64,000 bases of DNA from a virus, in IMG/VR virus record IMGVR_UViG_3300049783_000824, positions 9,687 through 73,686 of that record. One strand, 5' to 3'. Shown piece after piece: positions 40,022 through 49,530 of the stretch (position 1 is the first letter of the stretch; each line of letters starts with the position of its first letter). Below the pieces are notes generated by a model. The model ran no database searches. It was not told where the DNA came from and was given only the letters and a program-made list of their open reading frames with translations. Made by a program: the position numbers and the translations under genes.

Positions 40022-40636
40022 ATGTTAATCAGGAAGGAAGACAACTATAATGTAACCGGAGAATCTGTAAATCAACTACCGTTGATTTTAGCATTGAATT
40101 CTGGTGGGGAACCACTTAATTGGATTACATATCAGGATAGTGCTTTCTATTCAGCTAAGGGGAAAATCCTATGGCAGACTGGTAAGTATGAAGTGCTTCT
40201 ACGTGGTGGTACTAATGCTGCAACAGGTAAGCAGTCTACTCTAATGGTAGACACTATTGTTGCGTTAGACAATAACACTAGTCCATCAAAGTATCGTAGG
40301 GACACACCTGCACTAATCAACCGTGAGTTGTTTGCACGTGACAGGCACCTGTGTGCTTACTGTGGGAACAAGTATAACTTAGCTAAGCTAACACGTGACC
40401 ACGTTTTGCCACGCTCTAAGAACGGCCCAGACGTGTGGGAGAACGTTGTTACTGCATGCCGTACCTGTAATCAGAGAAAGGATGATAGGACGCCTGAACA
40501 GGCTAAGATGGCGCTGTTGTACATACCATATGTACCATCATACAATGAGACATTGATTCTTAAAAATAGAAATATTTTAGATGATCAAATGACATATTTG
40601 ATGAAGGGTGTTTCAAAGCACAGTAGGTTGCATTAA
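40022..40636 (+). CDS. HNH endonuclease
   Basis: RD...CAYCG...TRDHVLPRS..G...W.NVVTAC..CN..K. Confidence 0.9.
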   Translation: MLIRKEDNYNVTGESVNQLPLILALNSGGEPLNWITYQDSAFYSAKGKILWQTGKYEVLLRGGTNAATGKQSTLMVDTIVALDNNTSPSKYRRDTPALINRELFARDRHLCAYCGNKYNLAKLTRDHVLPRSKNGPDVWENVVTACRTCNQRKDDRTPEQAKMALLYIPYVPSYNETLILKNRNILDDQMTYLMKGVSKHSRLH

Positions 40637-40643
40637 ATAACGG

Positions 40644-40665
40644 GGGGGCTTTTAGGCCCCTTTTT
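40644..40665 (+). terminator. Rho-independent terminator
   Basis: ggggct-ttta-ggcccc-ttttt. Confidence 0.8.
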
Positions 40666-40715
40666 ATTGCTTTATTTTTATTTAGGCCCATATTCGTTGC
40701 CTTATTGTTACCATT

Positions 40716-41552
40716 ATGTTATACTTGTCGGAGAAAAAAGGAAACTATATGAGCTTTAAAGTATACGGTGGGTTGAAACTAGAAGGAATAACTACATTAG
40801 AAGATTCCTTTAAGTTTATTGAGACAGTAAGAGGATTAACTGAAGTCTGGGTAGAGAAGAGAGTAGCCCACGACATTAAAGTATTAGCATGTTTAATACA
40901 CGATATGTACCATTGTGTTGGGATTAATATTTTAGAAGGTGATGAAAGCGTAAGCAATGATGAAAGTCCATTGCTAGCTGCAACAACAAAAATATTTGAA
41001 GGTAATCGTTCTGCACCATCCCATGAAACTGAGTATGTTTTATCCTTAGGATTTCATAAGGATGCGGTTGTTGCCATTCCATTCTTTCCAGAAGACAGTG
41101 CTATACCCGAATTATTAGAACTACCAAACGTTAATGAGTTTGGATATTGGGACAACGTTGATCCACTAGAGGGTGTCCCTTATGATGAGTGGGAATTGCG
41201 TGGTAAAATTTGGAATGAGGTTTTACACGGTTCTGGTATCCCAGCAGAAACTATGCTTACTGTTAGACTAGCAGATTCAAAATATCTAGTTCCAAGAGAT
41301 GAGTTTATGGCAGACATAACATCTGTTGAAAACAGAACCAAGTCATTGGTAATGAATATAGCATATGATAGAGCATATAAACTATTAGAAAAAGTAGATA
41401 ACATACCTGCCGATCAGTTCTCGCGATATCTACAGAAAACTGCAGCAAATGCAATCGAAGATATTAAAAAAGAAATTGATGGAAAATTAAATGAAAAACT
41501 CACAATGAAAGATTTAGAGAAACCACTTACAGGAGAAGCAAATGACGCATAA
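40716..41552 (+). CDS. Hypothetical protein (start probably 40749)
   Basis: Long ORF, AGGA SD before the second Met. Confidence 0.6.
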   Translation: MLYLSEKKGNYMSFKVYGGLKLEGITTLEDSFKFIETVRGLTEVWVEKRVAHDIKVLACLIHDMYHCVGINILEGDESVSNDESPLLAATTKIFEGNRSAPSHETEYVLSLGFHKDAVVAIPFFPEDSAIPELLELPNVNEFGYWDNVDPLEGVPYDEWELRGKIWNEVLHGSGIPAETMLTVRLADSKYLVPRDEFMADITSVENRTKSLVMNIAYDRAYKLLEKVDNIPADQFSRYLQKTAANAIEDIKKEIDGKLNEKLTMKDLEKPLTGEANDA

Positions 41553-42165
41553 AGATTTTCAAACATTAGCAATTAGAACGGAATCAATCGTAGATAGTAT
41601 CGAGTCAACTGAGCTTGACTTGCAAGTGTTCGAGGATGCATTATCCGCAGCAGTGAACATCATTGATGTGCTAGATGTTTATAAAAAGAGTTTATTTTAC
41701 GGCAAAGATTTAGACAAAGAAAAGATTCTTACGAAGTTAGCAGTTGCTCAAGGGGATATAGAAGATGCACTGGCTGGTATTATTGAGTCAAGGCGCATAC
41801 GAGATGATATACAAGTAGGGGTTGAGCTAAGCATTGATCCTAGGGTATTCCATGCAATCTTGGGAACTATCACTGAGCATGGTGAGATTGCCCATGCATT
41901 ACTGACTGGCATGAACAGTGAGGATGGAATTGACCTTGTTAACATGTGTGAAGAGTTAGGTGATTCTGATTGGTATAAGGCATTGTTCTATGAAGCCACT
42001 GGAATTGGTTGGGGCGATGTACAAGCAATGATTATTAAGAAGTTAGAATTACGGTACAGTGATAAGATCTTTACTAAAGAAGAAGCCGAAAGTCGGGATT
42101 TAGTTGCTGAGCGCCAATTACTACATGATGCTATTAATGAAGCAATAGCTGAGTATACAGCATAA
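41542..42165 (+). CDS. MazG-like NTP pyrophosphohydrolase
   Basis: HAILG..TEHGE and EELGD..WY, KL..RY. Confidence 0.7.
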   Translation: MTHKDFQTLAIRTESIVDSIESTELDLQVFEDALSAAVNIIDVLDVYKKSLFYGKDLDKEKILTKLAVAQGDIEDALAGIIESRRIRDDIQVGVELSIDPRVFHAILGTITEHGEIAHALLTGMNSEDGIDLVNMCEELGDSDWYKALFYEATGIGWGDVQAMIIKKLELRYSDKIFTKEEAESRDLVAERQLLHDAINEAIAEYTA

Positions 42166-42166
42166 T

Positions 42167-42757
42167 ATGCCACCTAAAATGGACAAACCTGTCATAGTGT
42201 TTGATTTAGATGATACTCTAATTGACTTGAAGACTGAACTATATACGGCACTACATACTGACTTTGGTAAGGATAGAGTGCCACATTGGTCATTGTGGGA
42301 CACCCACAATGTTGAAAATATTGTGGGGATAGGCGTAAAAGAATTTATTAAGTGCTCTGTTAAGCATGAAATATATTTAACAGCTAAGCCTAATATTTTC
42401 GCTAAGCCTATGTTAAAGGATTTATCTGCGAGGGGATATCATGTTGTTATTCTAACAGCACGTGGTGGGTTTGTCCCTAAGGCATTTGAGAAGACGGAAA
42501 AATACTTAGCAGACCATGATCTTGTATGTGACGAACTGATTATTAGTAACATTGGTGAAAACAAAATGGACAGTCTAACAAAGTTTGATAATATAAAATG
42601 CACAGTTGATGATAGTGCCAAGAACTGTAAAGATATGTTGGCGTCAGGTAAGGTTGAGCATGTATTTCTACATGCTCTCCCCAATAACGTTAATAGCTTA
42701 GAGTATATACGGATACATAATTTGTATCAAATATATCCTTACCTTGGGTTATCTTGA
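42167..42757 (+). CDS. HAD-superfamily 5'(3')-nucleotidase-like
   Basis: FDLDDTL, ILTAR, K, VDD. Confidence 0.8.
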   Translation: MPPKMDKPVIVFDLDDTLIDLKTELYTALHTDFGKDRVPHWSLWDTHNVENIVGIGVKEFIKCSVKHEIYLTAKPNIFAKPMLKDLSARGYHVVILTARGGFVPKAFEKTEKYLADHDLVCDELIISNIGENKMDSLTKFDNIKCTVDDSAKNCKDMLASGKVEHVFLHALPNNVNSLEYIRIHNLYQIYPYLGLS

Positions 42758-43530
42758 TCGAAATCTTCCATGGCACATATCCAAGCTTTAACAAATTCAC
42801 TACGAACAATATCTTCTTTCTTGAACACAATTTCATCAAAGTTGGGTATTGTTCTAGCGATTTGTAAAAACCGCTCCATACCGGATTTATCATTTCCAGA
42901 TTTATACAAATCTGTTTGTATCTGGTCACCGACTATAAGTAGGTTAGAGTCGTCACCCACTCTAGTAATTACCGAATTCAATTCCCAAAAATTAAGGTTT
43001 TGTACTTCATCGACAATAATTACGGCATCGTCCCAGTTAAGGCCACGAACAAAAGATGTTGGCATGAATTCAATAATACCAGCTTCTTTAAGGTTATCAT
43101 AACTGTTGTTGTTTCCCATTAGGAATCCTACAATATCCCTATATGGTGCTTCGTATGGTTCAAGTTTCTCGGAAACTGTACCCGGAAGGTGTCCTAATTC
43201 TCTTGTGGAGACTGCACTGCGTACAATGATTATGCGTTGCTGTGGTTGTTCTTTTGATAAAACATCAGTTAGTGCTAGGTACATTGCTGCTAATGTTTTT
43301 CCTGTACCGGCTGAACCATTTGCAATAATGTGGTTGCCGTTATAATATGATTCAAACATTTCTTTTTGTGGGGGGTTGAGCGGGTTTATTACTTTTAGAT
43401 CGTGGAGTGACCATGACTTTTTTCTTCGTTGTTCGGTCATAGCCATACCGTTATTTACAAGGCCACTTTTTAGGAGTTTAAGTTCGTATTCTTTATGGCC
43501 AACAGCCTTTGCTTGTTTTTTTCGTGACAT
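42739..43530 (-). CDS. phoH: PhoH-family ATPase
   Basis: GSAGTGKT, LGHLPG..EK..PY, RG, DEVQN, GD..QTD, DIVRS. Confidence 0.95.
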   Translation of the reverse strand: MSRKKQAKAVGHKEYELKLLKSGLVNNGMAMTEQRRKKSWSLHDLKVINPLNPPQKEMFESYYNGNHIIANGSAGTGKTLAAMYLALTDVLSKEQPQQRIIIVRSAVSTRELGHLPGTVSEKLEPYEAPYRDIVGFLMGNNNSYDNLKEAGIIEFMPTSFVRGLNWDDAVIIVDEVQNLNFWELNSVITRVGDDSNLLIVGDQIQTDLYKSGNDKSGMERFLQIARTIPNFDEIVFKKEDIVRSEFVKAWICAMEDFDQDNPR

Positions 43531-43658
43531 ATTAATGTCTCCATGTTGTAGGTTAGTTTTTGTTCGTTACTGCTACGGTATATTACGAATCAGGCATATG
43601 CGTCACCTCCTATAAAATGAATTACATAGTCAAGATTGAGAACTATACTAATCTAACA

Positions 43659-43687
43659 TTGACAAAGGTTGTAGTCTGAGATAGAAT
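43659..43687 (+). promoter_or_regulatory. sigma70-like promoter driving the 43775/DHFR genes
   Basis: TTGACA-N17-TAGAAT. Confidence 0.65.
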
Positions 43688-43774
43688 TGCAACAATGTCT
43701 CAAGCGTTCTTGACAGTTATCGAATACTAAATATACGATAACTATAATTATTTATAACAGACTGGAGATAATAA

Positions 43775-44077
43775 ATGGAAGAAGAATTTATCCTTGATAT
43801 GTCAAAGACTTACATATACGAAGGTGATGAGTATATTGCCACGGGTAAGTACGCTGAGAAAGTAAACTTGGAGGAAGATGAAGAACCTAGACGTAGAAGG
43901 TCAAATCGCCACCCAGTAAAAAAGAGCACAGCACATAATGTGCAAATACAAATAACCCCAGCCCCCCAACGGGGCAAGTCACAGGCTAGTATGGTAGGGG
44001 TATCAAAAGTAGAAAAATGGGTATATGCAAACGAACTGTATATGGTTCACGACATGTTAGATGAGGAAGATGATTAA
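43775..44077 (+). CDS. Hypothetical protein
   Basis: GGAG SD. Confidence 0.6.
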   Translation: MEEEFILDMSKTYIYEGDEYIATGKYAEKVNLEEDEEPRRRRSNRHPVKKSTAHNVQIQITPAPQRGKSQASMVGVSKVEKWVYANELYMVHDMLDEEDD

Positions 44078-44575
44078 ATGAAAGCGATTATTGTAGCAGT
44101 TGACCGAATGGGTGGCATTGGTAAAGACAATGGCATTCCATGGAAATATAGCGAAGATATGAAATACTTTGCAGCAACAACAAAAAATAGCACATGTATT
44201 ATGGGCCGTAAGACATATGAGAGTATATTGCCATACATTGGCAATAGGACTAGCCTATTACCCCACCGTCAGTGCCTCGTAGTGACCAGTAACGATGAAT
44301 ATGAGGTAACAGGTGCCAGTAGAGTAAGAAGCCTCACAGAGGGCTTAAAAGAAGCCTCATATGATAATGTGTTCTTCATTGGTGGTGCGTCGATATACAT
44401 GGAAGCGTTGGGGCATATAGACACGGCATACATCACCACCATCCCAGATGACTATGATTGTGATGTAAACATAAATAATGTTATTGGTTATGTTGCATCA
44501 AGCTTTGATTATGTGAGTGGGGAAGTGTCAGCTGCTGGGTTGAGTTATAGGGTATGGAGTAAAAATACTAGGTGA
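44078..44575 (+). CDS. frd: Dihydrofolate reductase
   Basis: IG..N.IPW...DM..F, IMGRKTYES, LP.R, IGGA.IY. Confidence 0.95.
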   Translation: MKAIIVAVDRMGGIGKDNGIPWKYSEDMKYFAATTKNSTCIMGRKTYESILPYIGNRTSLLPHRQCLVVTSNDEYEVTGASRVRSLTEGLKEASYDNVFFIGGASIYMEALGHIDTAYITTIPDDYDCDVNINNVIGYVASSFDYVSGEVSAAGLSYRVWSKNTR

Positions 44576-44606
44576 TAATACTAAATATAATTATACTGGA
44601 GAAAAT

Positions 44607-45101
44607 ATGAAATTATTTACAATAACCGAGAAGAAGTCAGCCTCCGATGGGACGTATGTTGCACTTAAGGTATCCCCCGAAAGTAAAAAACTGCTAAAAG
44701 AAGTTATCCGTAAGCTGGGAGTCCCATCACCATTAGATACAAAAGATGCACATTCCACTTTAATATATTCCAGAAAGCCCTTACCAGACTTTAAGGCTAA
44801 TGGTAAGTTAAAATCCCCTATTGTTGCTAAATGTAAAAAGTTAACCATATTCCCCACAGATGATGGGAAAGCCTTAGTTATAGAGCTTGATAATAAGGAA
44901 ATGCAGGATAGATTTGAAGAAATAATGTCAAAGCATGAAGCCACATCGGATTACGATGAATATAAACCACATGTAACCCTATCATATGATTGCGGTGACT
45001 TCGACATAAGTAGGATTAATATTTCAGATATGATAGATTCTATTGAATTTTCAGAGGAATATTCAAATAAATTAATACTAGGGTGGGCATCAAAGAAATG
45101 A
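44607..45101 (+). CDS. acb1: Anti-CBASS 2H phosphodiesterase Acb1 (T4 gp57B-like)
   Basis: G.YVA, LGVP.P, HSTLIYSR, Y.PHVTLSY, EY...L..W follow the T4 57B layout. Confidence 0.85.
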   Translation: MKLFTITEKKSASDGTYVALKVSPESKKLLKEVIRKLGVPSPLDTKDAHSTLIYSRKPLPDFKANGKLKSPIVAKCKKLTIFPTDDGKALVIELDNKEMQDRFEEIMSKHEATSDYDEYKPHVTLSYDCGDFDISRINISDMIDSIEFSEEYSNKLILGWASKK

Positions 45102-45367
45102 AAAATAGAACAAGATTTGTAGGAAATGTACAAACAACATATAGTGATTGGTCACAGTCATTAGTCAACGCATATCCAGATGGTTTAAAGTTTGAACTGT
45201 TAGCAGGTAAAAAAACTGTGGTGGCATACAGTGGTGGTGTTGATATTGGCCTGTTTAACTTTCAAATAGCACAAGGTGAGCTATTTTGGGATAGCGAGCA
45301 CAACGAGCACATACCCGAGAAAGACCCACAATATCAGAAATTTGATATCAACAAATTTATAAAATAA
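45083..45367 (+). CDS. Hypothetical protein
   Basis: Coupled ORF. Confidence 0.5.
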   Translation: MGIKEMKNRTRFVGNVQTTYSDWSQSLVNAYPDGLKFELLAGKKTVVAYSGGVDIGLFNFQIAQGELFWDSEHNEHIPEKDPQYQKFDINKFIK

Positions 45368-45442
45368 ACTATATTATTGAGACAATAAATATAATATGTA
45401 ATACCAGTGCATAACACTATAAACAATAACGGAGTACGTTTG

Positions 45443-46144
45443 ATGAATAGTAATAAAAAAGATGTTGGCGAATTATTCATGCTAGAAAAGCAAGTAAAGT
45501 ACTATGCACAAACTGTTAATATAACATTACATCACTTCTATATTAACGGGGAAATAGAACACGAAATAGATAAGTACGTTGACATGCTTAATGTTATGAA
45601 AACATGTGAAGCCCAAGATAAGATTTACATTTACTTGAATACACCGGGTGGGAGCCTAGGAACCACCATTCAAATAATAGCTGCAATGAACCAATCACAG
45701 GCAGAAATAACAACTTTCTTAGAAGGTGATGTTTGTTCGGCAGGAACGATGATATTCTTATCAGGGGATAACTATGTAGTTAACGACCATTGTGCATTTA
45801 TGATCCATAACTGTAGCCATGGTGGGTATGATAAGGGTGCAGCTATTGTATCACAAGTGGATTTCATGAAGACTTATTTCAAAAAAATGGCTACTAACAT
45901 ATATTCAGGATTCTTAACCGATGATGAAATTACAGATATGCTTGCAGATAAGGATTTCTGGATGGATTCTGATGAAGTAGTAGAACGCCTTAACGTGCGT
46001 GGTATCGGGGTCGTATTTGATGGCAGGATTGATGACGAGATTGATGAAACGGCATATGAACCTAAACCAAAACCTAAGCCAAAGCCTAAACCAAAAGCTA
46101 AGGCTAAAGTTAAGGCTAAAGTTAAGGTAAAAACTAAAGCATGA
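45443..46144 (+). CDS. ClpP-like serine protease with Lys/Pro-rich tail
   Basis: LNTPGG, CSAG (Ser), MIH (His), DFW (Asp). Confidence 0.85.
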   Translation: MNSNKKDVGELFMLEKQVKYYAQTVNITLHHFYINGEIEHEIDKYVDMLNVMKTCEAQDKIYIYLNTPGGSLGTTIQIIAAMNQSQAEITTFLEGDVCSAGTMIFLSGDNYVVNDHCAFMIHNCSHGGYDKGAAIVSQVDFMKTYFKKMATNIYSGFLTDDEITDMLADKDFWMDSDEVVERLNVRGIGVVFDGRIDDEIDETAYEPKPKPKPKPKPKAKAKVKAKVKVKTKA

Positions 46145-46188
46145 CTCTTCTTTCAAATAGTTTAATGTTGTGATATAATACCACACAT

Positions 46189-47238
46189 ATGGAAACTATT
46201 GAAGACTTAGTACGAGATCACTTACCATTAATGCACGGAGAATCATCCAAAGGGTGGAACTCCGTGTATTGTGCTGTATGTGGTGATGGTACACACTCAA
46301 AAGGCCCCCGTGGTGGCTGGCTCTTTCAGGATGAAATGTGTTTCTACAATTGCTTTAATTGTAGTACAGATGGTAGTTTTGATCCAGATAGAGAAGCCCC
46401 ACATTCAAAGAACATGTGGGATATATTCAGAGCATTTGGTATACCAGTAAAGGAAGTAAATGGTCTCCTCGCATCTAAAATAAAAGATGATAAGAAGCGT
46501 GTTACAAAAGCAGAAAAGATAATATTACCATCAATTAAGCAACCTGATTTTTTTAAACCCATAACGGCCTATGCAGAGGATGACCCATTGGCATGTGAGG
46601 CTAGGGACTTCTTGTGGAATAAGTATAAAATGACACAAGATGACTACCCATTCTTCCTGTCTAAAGGTAAAACATCATCCGTAAACCCGGATGACATATT
46701 CCTTGCAAAGAATCTACTACCACGGATAATTATACCAACATACAAGAACAATGGCGATCTTATGTACTGGCAGGCACGCATTTTCTTTGGGGAATCAAAT
46801 AAAAAATATTTAAGTGCCAGTGTTGAGAATAGCGGGGCAGTTATATATGGTACGGAGAATATCAACAATGAAAAATATAAGGATAGGCCACTATACATAA
46901 CCGAAGGATTCTTTGATTCTTGGCATGTTAATGGCGTGGCAATTATAACTAATAATATGAAAACATCTAAAATAAAGCTACTAGAGAGAAACAAGAGAGA
47001 TAAAGTAGTAATACCAGACTATAATAGAGATGGCATGAATCTTGCAGACCAAGCTATTAATGAAGGGTGGGGAATATCCTTACCCGCCTACCTACCACAC
47101 AGGGACATATGCAGTGCTATAAACCATTTCGGAAAACTATACGTACTTAAAACAATTATAAAAAACACATACTACAGTTTTGAAGCAAAAATGCGCCTTA
47201 AAGAGTTTAAGTTGAAAAATTATAAGTTTTTAGACTAG
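46189..47238 (+). CDS. gp61: DNA primase (gp61-like)
   Basis: C..CGD...R....CFNC zinc ribbon, RIIIP, QAR, KY, TEG.FD TOPRIM. Confidence 0.85.
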   Translation: METIEDLVRDHLPLMHGESSKGWNSVYCAVCGDGTHSKGPRGGWLFQDEMCFYNCFNCSTDGSFDPDREAPHSKNMWDIFRAFGIPVKEVNGLLASKIKDDKKRVTKAEKIILPSIKQPDFFKPITAYAEDDPLACEARDFLWNKYKMTQDDYPFFLSKGKTSSVNPDDIFLAKNLLPRIIIPTYKNNGDLMYWQARIFFGESNKKYLSASVENSGAVIYGTENINNEKYKDRPLYITEGFFDSWHVNGVAIITNNMKTSKIKLLERNKRDKVVIPDYNRDGMNLADQAINEGWGISLPAYLPHRDICSAINHFGKLYVLKTIIKNTYYSFEAKMRLKEFKLKNYKFLD

Positions 47239-47277
47239 GAACTATAAATATACTTAACCTACTAATGAGGTAAGATT

Positions 47278-47460
47278 ATGTTCAGCAACGAAAATACTAA
47301 AGATAAACCTGAATTGAAGTTTGATTCTGTAGAACGCATTAACTCCGAATTATCCATGATTCAACGTAGAGTGGAAATATTTCGAGTCCTTAATAAAAAT
47401 GAAAATGTAGAAGATATGTCATTATCTAAAGAATTCTTTGAAGGTTTAAAACTTGTCTAA
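47278..47460 (+). CDS. Small hypothetical late protein
   Basis: TATAAATA at 47243, GAGG SD. Confidence 0.55.
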   Translation: MFSNENTKDKPELKFDSVERINSELSMIQRRVEIFRVLNKNENVEDMSLSKEFFEGLKLV

Positions 47461-47612
47461 AAAGCAATTAACTGTATCTAAAATAAGAAGAATAAAAGAC
47501 TTATCCCAAATCATGTATATAGCTGGAATCGTAATAAACTCAGATGGTTCCGTTTTTGATAAAACTACCAAAAAAACATATAATACAGTTGTTGATTGGT
47601 CACGGAGGCCCG

Positions 47613-47834
47613 ATGAAGTATGAAGATAATGACCTTAAAGAATTGTATGAAAATGAATCACTTGAAACTTTTATTGAAAAAGTAAACCCAGCAAATATAG
47701 TAAACCCACGAACAAGAGCAATAGTAGCAGCATTAAGCCGATCAGTCCGAGTACTGGAGCTTGAATTTAACCCAATCGTCTCTCCAGAGCATGTGGAAAA
47801 AAGAGAAGATACTAATCATTATCAAGAACCATAA
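47613..47834 (+). CDS. Small hypothetical protein
   Basis: GGAGG SD before MKYEDN. Confidence 0.5.
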   Translation: MKYEDNDLKELYENESLETFIEKVNPANIVNPRTRAIVAALSRSVRVLELEFNPIVSPEHVEKREDTNHYQEP

Positions 47835-47859
47835 ATAGTTACATTAAAGGATAACTTAT

Positions 47860-48810
47860 ATGGCAATTACTGGTGGTGATGATAATGGGGTTTCTAGCCC
47901 AATAGAATCATATATTAAATATTTTAACGATATAAAACCTTATCATACTAAAATACTTGAAGTGTTGGAACAATATAATTTTTCCGATAGAATAAGCCCG
48001 TCGTTTGTAGAAAGCCTTGATATGGTTGTGCAGTTGGCATCACCAACACCAACACAAACTGTAACGCCGACATATACACCAACTGTCACACCTACTATGA
48101 CAGTGACACCAACTATGACGGTTACACCAACTATGACGGTTACGCCTACCATGACGGTTACACCAACTATGACGGCAGCGCCAACCGTAACACCAACACC
48201 AACGGTATCTTCTACGCCAGCAGGTACACCAGCAATAACACCAACATCAACACCAGTAGGTACACCAGCAGGTACACCAGCTTCCACACCAGTAGGTACA
48301 CCAGCAGGTACACCAGCAGGTACACCAGCATCTACACCAGCATCTACACCAGCTGGGACACCGGCAGGAACACTTTCTGAAGTTTCTTTGGCTGCTATGC
48401 CGGGTAGTATAAACAACTCCTACGTTCAAGCTACTTCACCAGATGGTGGTAGGGTAACATCGGGTTTATCATTCGATCCTGACAGAACAATACGTAGAAT
48501 AGACAATGACTCAGCTGGTAACGAGCTTCCGACTACAATACTTGGGGATTGGTTATCTTCTGGGTTTAACTCATCACTTTATGAAATATTTGCATCCTCT
48601 GTAACAGTATCAGGTGTACCAACTTATCTTAACAGTGCTACACTAAATACATGGCTGCAACTAAACACATTCAGGAGGTGGACATTGACATCTGCTTCAT
48701 CTGGTTTTGATTCCTCTCAGACCACACTTACAATACAAATAAGGCTTGCAGGTACAACAACACCCGTGGTAACTGATTCAGTTAATTTATTTATAGACCG
48801 TGAAGTTTAA
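47860..48810 (+). CDS. Virion-type protein with mucin-like Thr/Pro linker
   Basis: N-terminal IKPYHTKI, (TPTMTV)n and (TPAG/S)n repeats, beta-rich C-domain, CATAAATA upstream. Confidence 0.65.
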   Translation: MAITGGDDNGVSSPIESYIKYFNDIKPYHTKILEVLEQYNFSDRISPSFVESLDMVVQLASPTPTQTVTPTYTPTVTPTMTVTPTMTVTPTMTVTPTMTVTPTMTAAPTVTPTPTVSSTPAGTPAITPTSTPVGTPAGTPASTPVGTPAGTPAGTPASTPASTPAGTPAGTLSEVSLAAMPGSINNSYVQATSPDGGRVTSGLSFDPDRTIRRIDNDSAGNELPTTILGDWLSSGFNSSLYEIFASSVTVSGVPTYLNSATLNTWLQLNTFRRWTLTSASSGFDSSQTTLTIQIRLAGTTTPVVTDSVNLFIDREV

Positions 48811-48826
48811 TGTAAAACAATTGCAA

Positions 48827-49318
48827 CTAATCAAACATAGATTTGATAGTTGCAATTGTTGAAGCTGCACTAGTATGAAGTATACCAATGCCACCAGCAG
48901 CAATGAACGGATCAATTGACTGGCTTCGATCATCAATAAGCAATGAATTTTCATTAGCAAACGCAGCCTTTTCATGTGAAGCCCCTACCACATTAACTTT
49001 AATGCTACCAAAGTAGTCACGAACCCACTTGCGCTTTTGTGCAGGTGCATCAGTAGGAGTACTCCCAGATGCTGTCAGAATCCTAACATCATTTAAGTTA
49101 TCCTGTAAGAATGACATTAACTGCTTAGCATCATGTAACATAGGTAGGCTATAGAACCAAGGCTCAACATTATCGTTGTGGTGCTTAATAGACCCCCACA
49201 CCTTTGATTTCTTATCAGCCATAGTAAGGCCAAGCTTGTCTTTCAAAGCTCCCTCAAAGTCAGCTAAGACCCCATCCATGTCAACGTATATAATTGTATC
49301 TTTAGTTATTTCTTTCAT
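48827..49318 (-). CDS. HAD 5'(3')-deoxyribonucleotidase-like
   Basis: YVDMDGVLADF, ILTA, K..W, LIDD. Confidence 0.85.
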   Translation of the reverse strand: MKEITKDTIIYVDMDGVLADFEGALKDKLGLTMADKKSKVWGSIKHHNDNVEPWFYSLPMLHDAKQLMSFLQDNLNDVRILTASGSTPTDAPAQKRKWVRDYFGSIKVNVVGASHEKAAFANENSLLIDDRSQSIDPFIAAGGIGILHTSAASTIATIKSMFD

Positions 49319-49530
49319 GTTTTAATCCATAATATTATTGCAGCAAATAAAATATTTAATGCTAGTGATGCCGTACCAACACATTTCCAAAGTTTAGTTT
49401 CGTCTCGATATGGATTGTATGTCATATACTGACTTAATAGAGTGTAATACTTCTTTTGGTAATATGCAAGCTCTTCTTCATGTTCACCATCAAAATCTTG
49501 TCCCATTTTCATTATATCTCCTGCCCACAT
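49315..49530 (-). CDS. Small membrane protein
   Basis: C-terminal TM. Confidence 0.5.
   Translation of the reverse strand: MWAGDIMKMGQDFDGEHEEELAYYQKKYYTLLSQYMTYNPYRDETKLWKCVGTASLALNILFAAIILWIKT

Noticed and set aside
40022-40636. Mobile intron or homing element
   Set aside because: The HNH gene is free-standing with its own SD and terminator, and no interrupted host gene or intron structure is evident.
47943-48429. Antisense elastin-like (GVPA)n and (CWCT)n ORFs
   Set aside because: They are shadows of the Thr/Pro repeat gene on the + strand, which has the SD and promoter.
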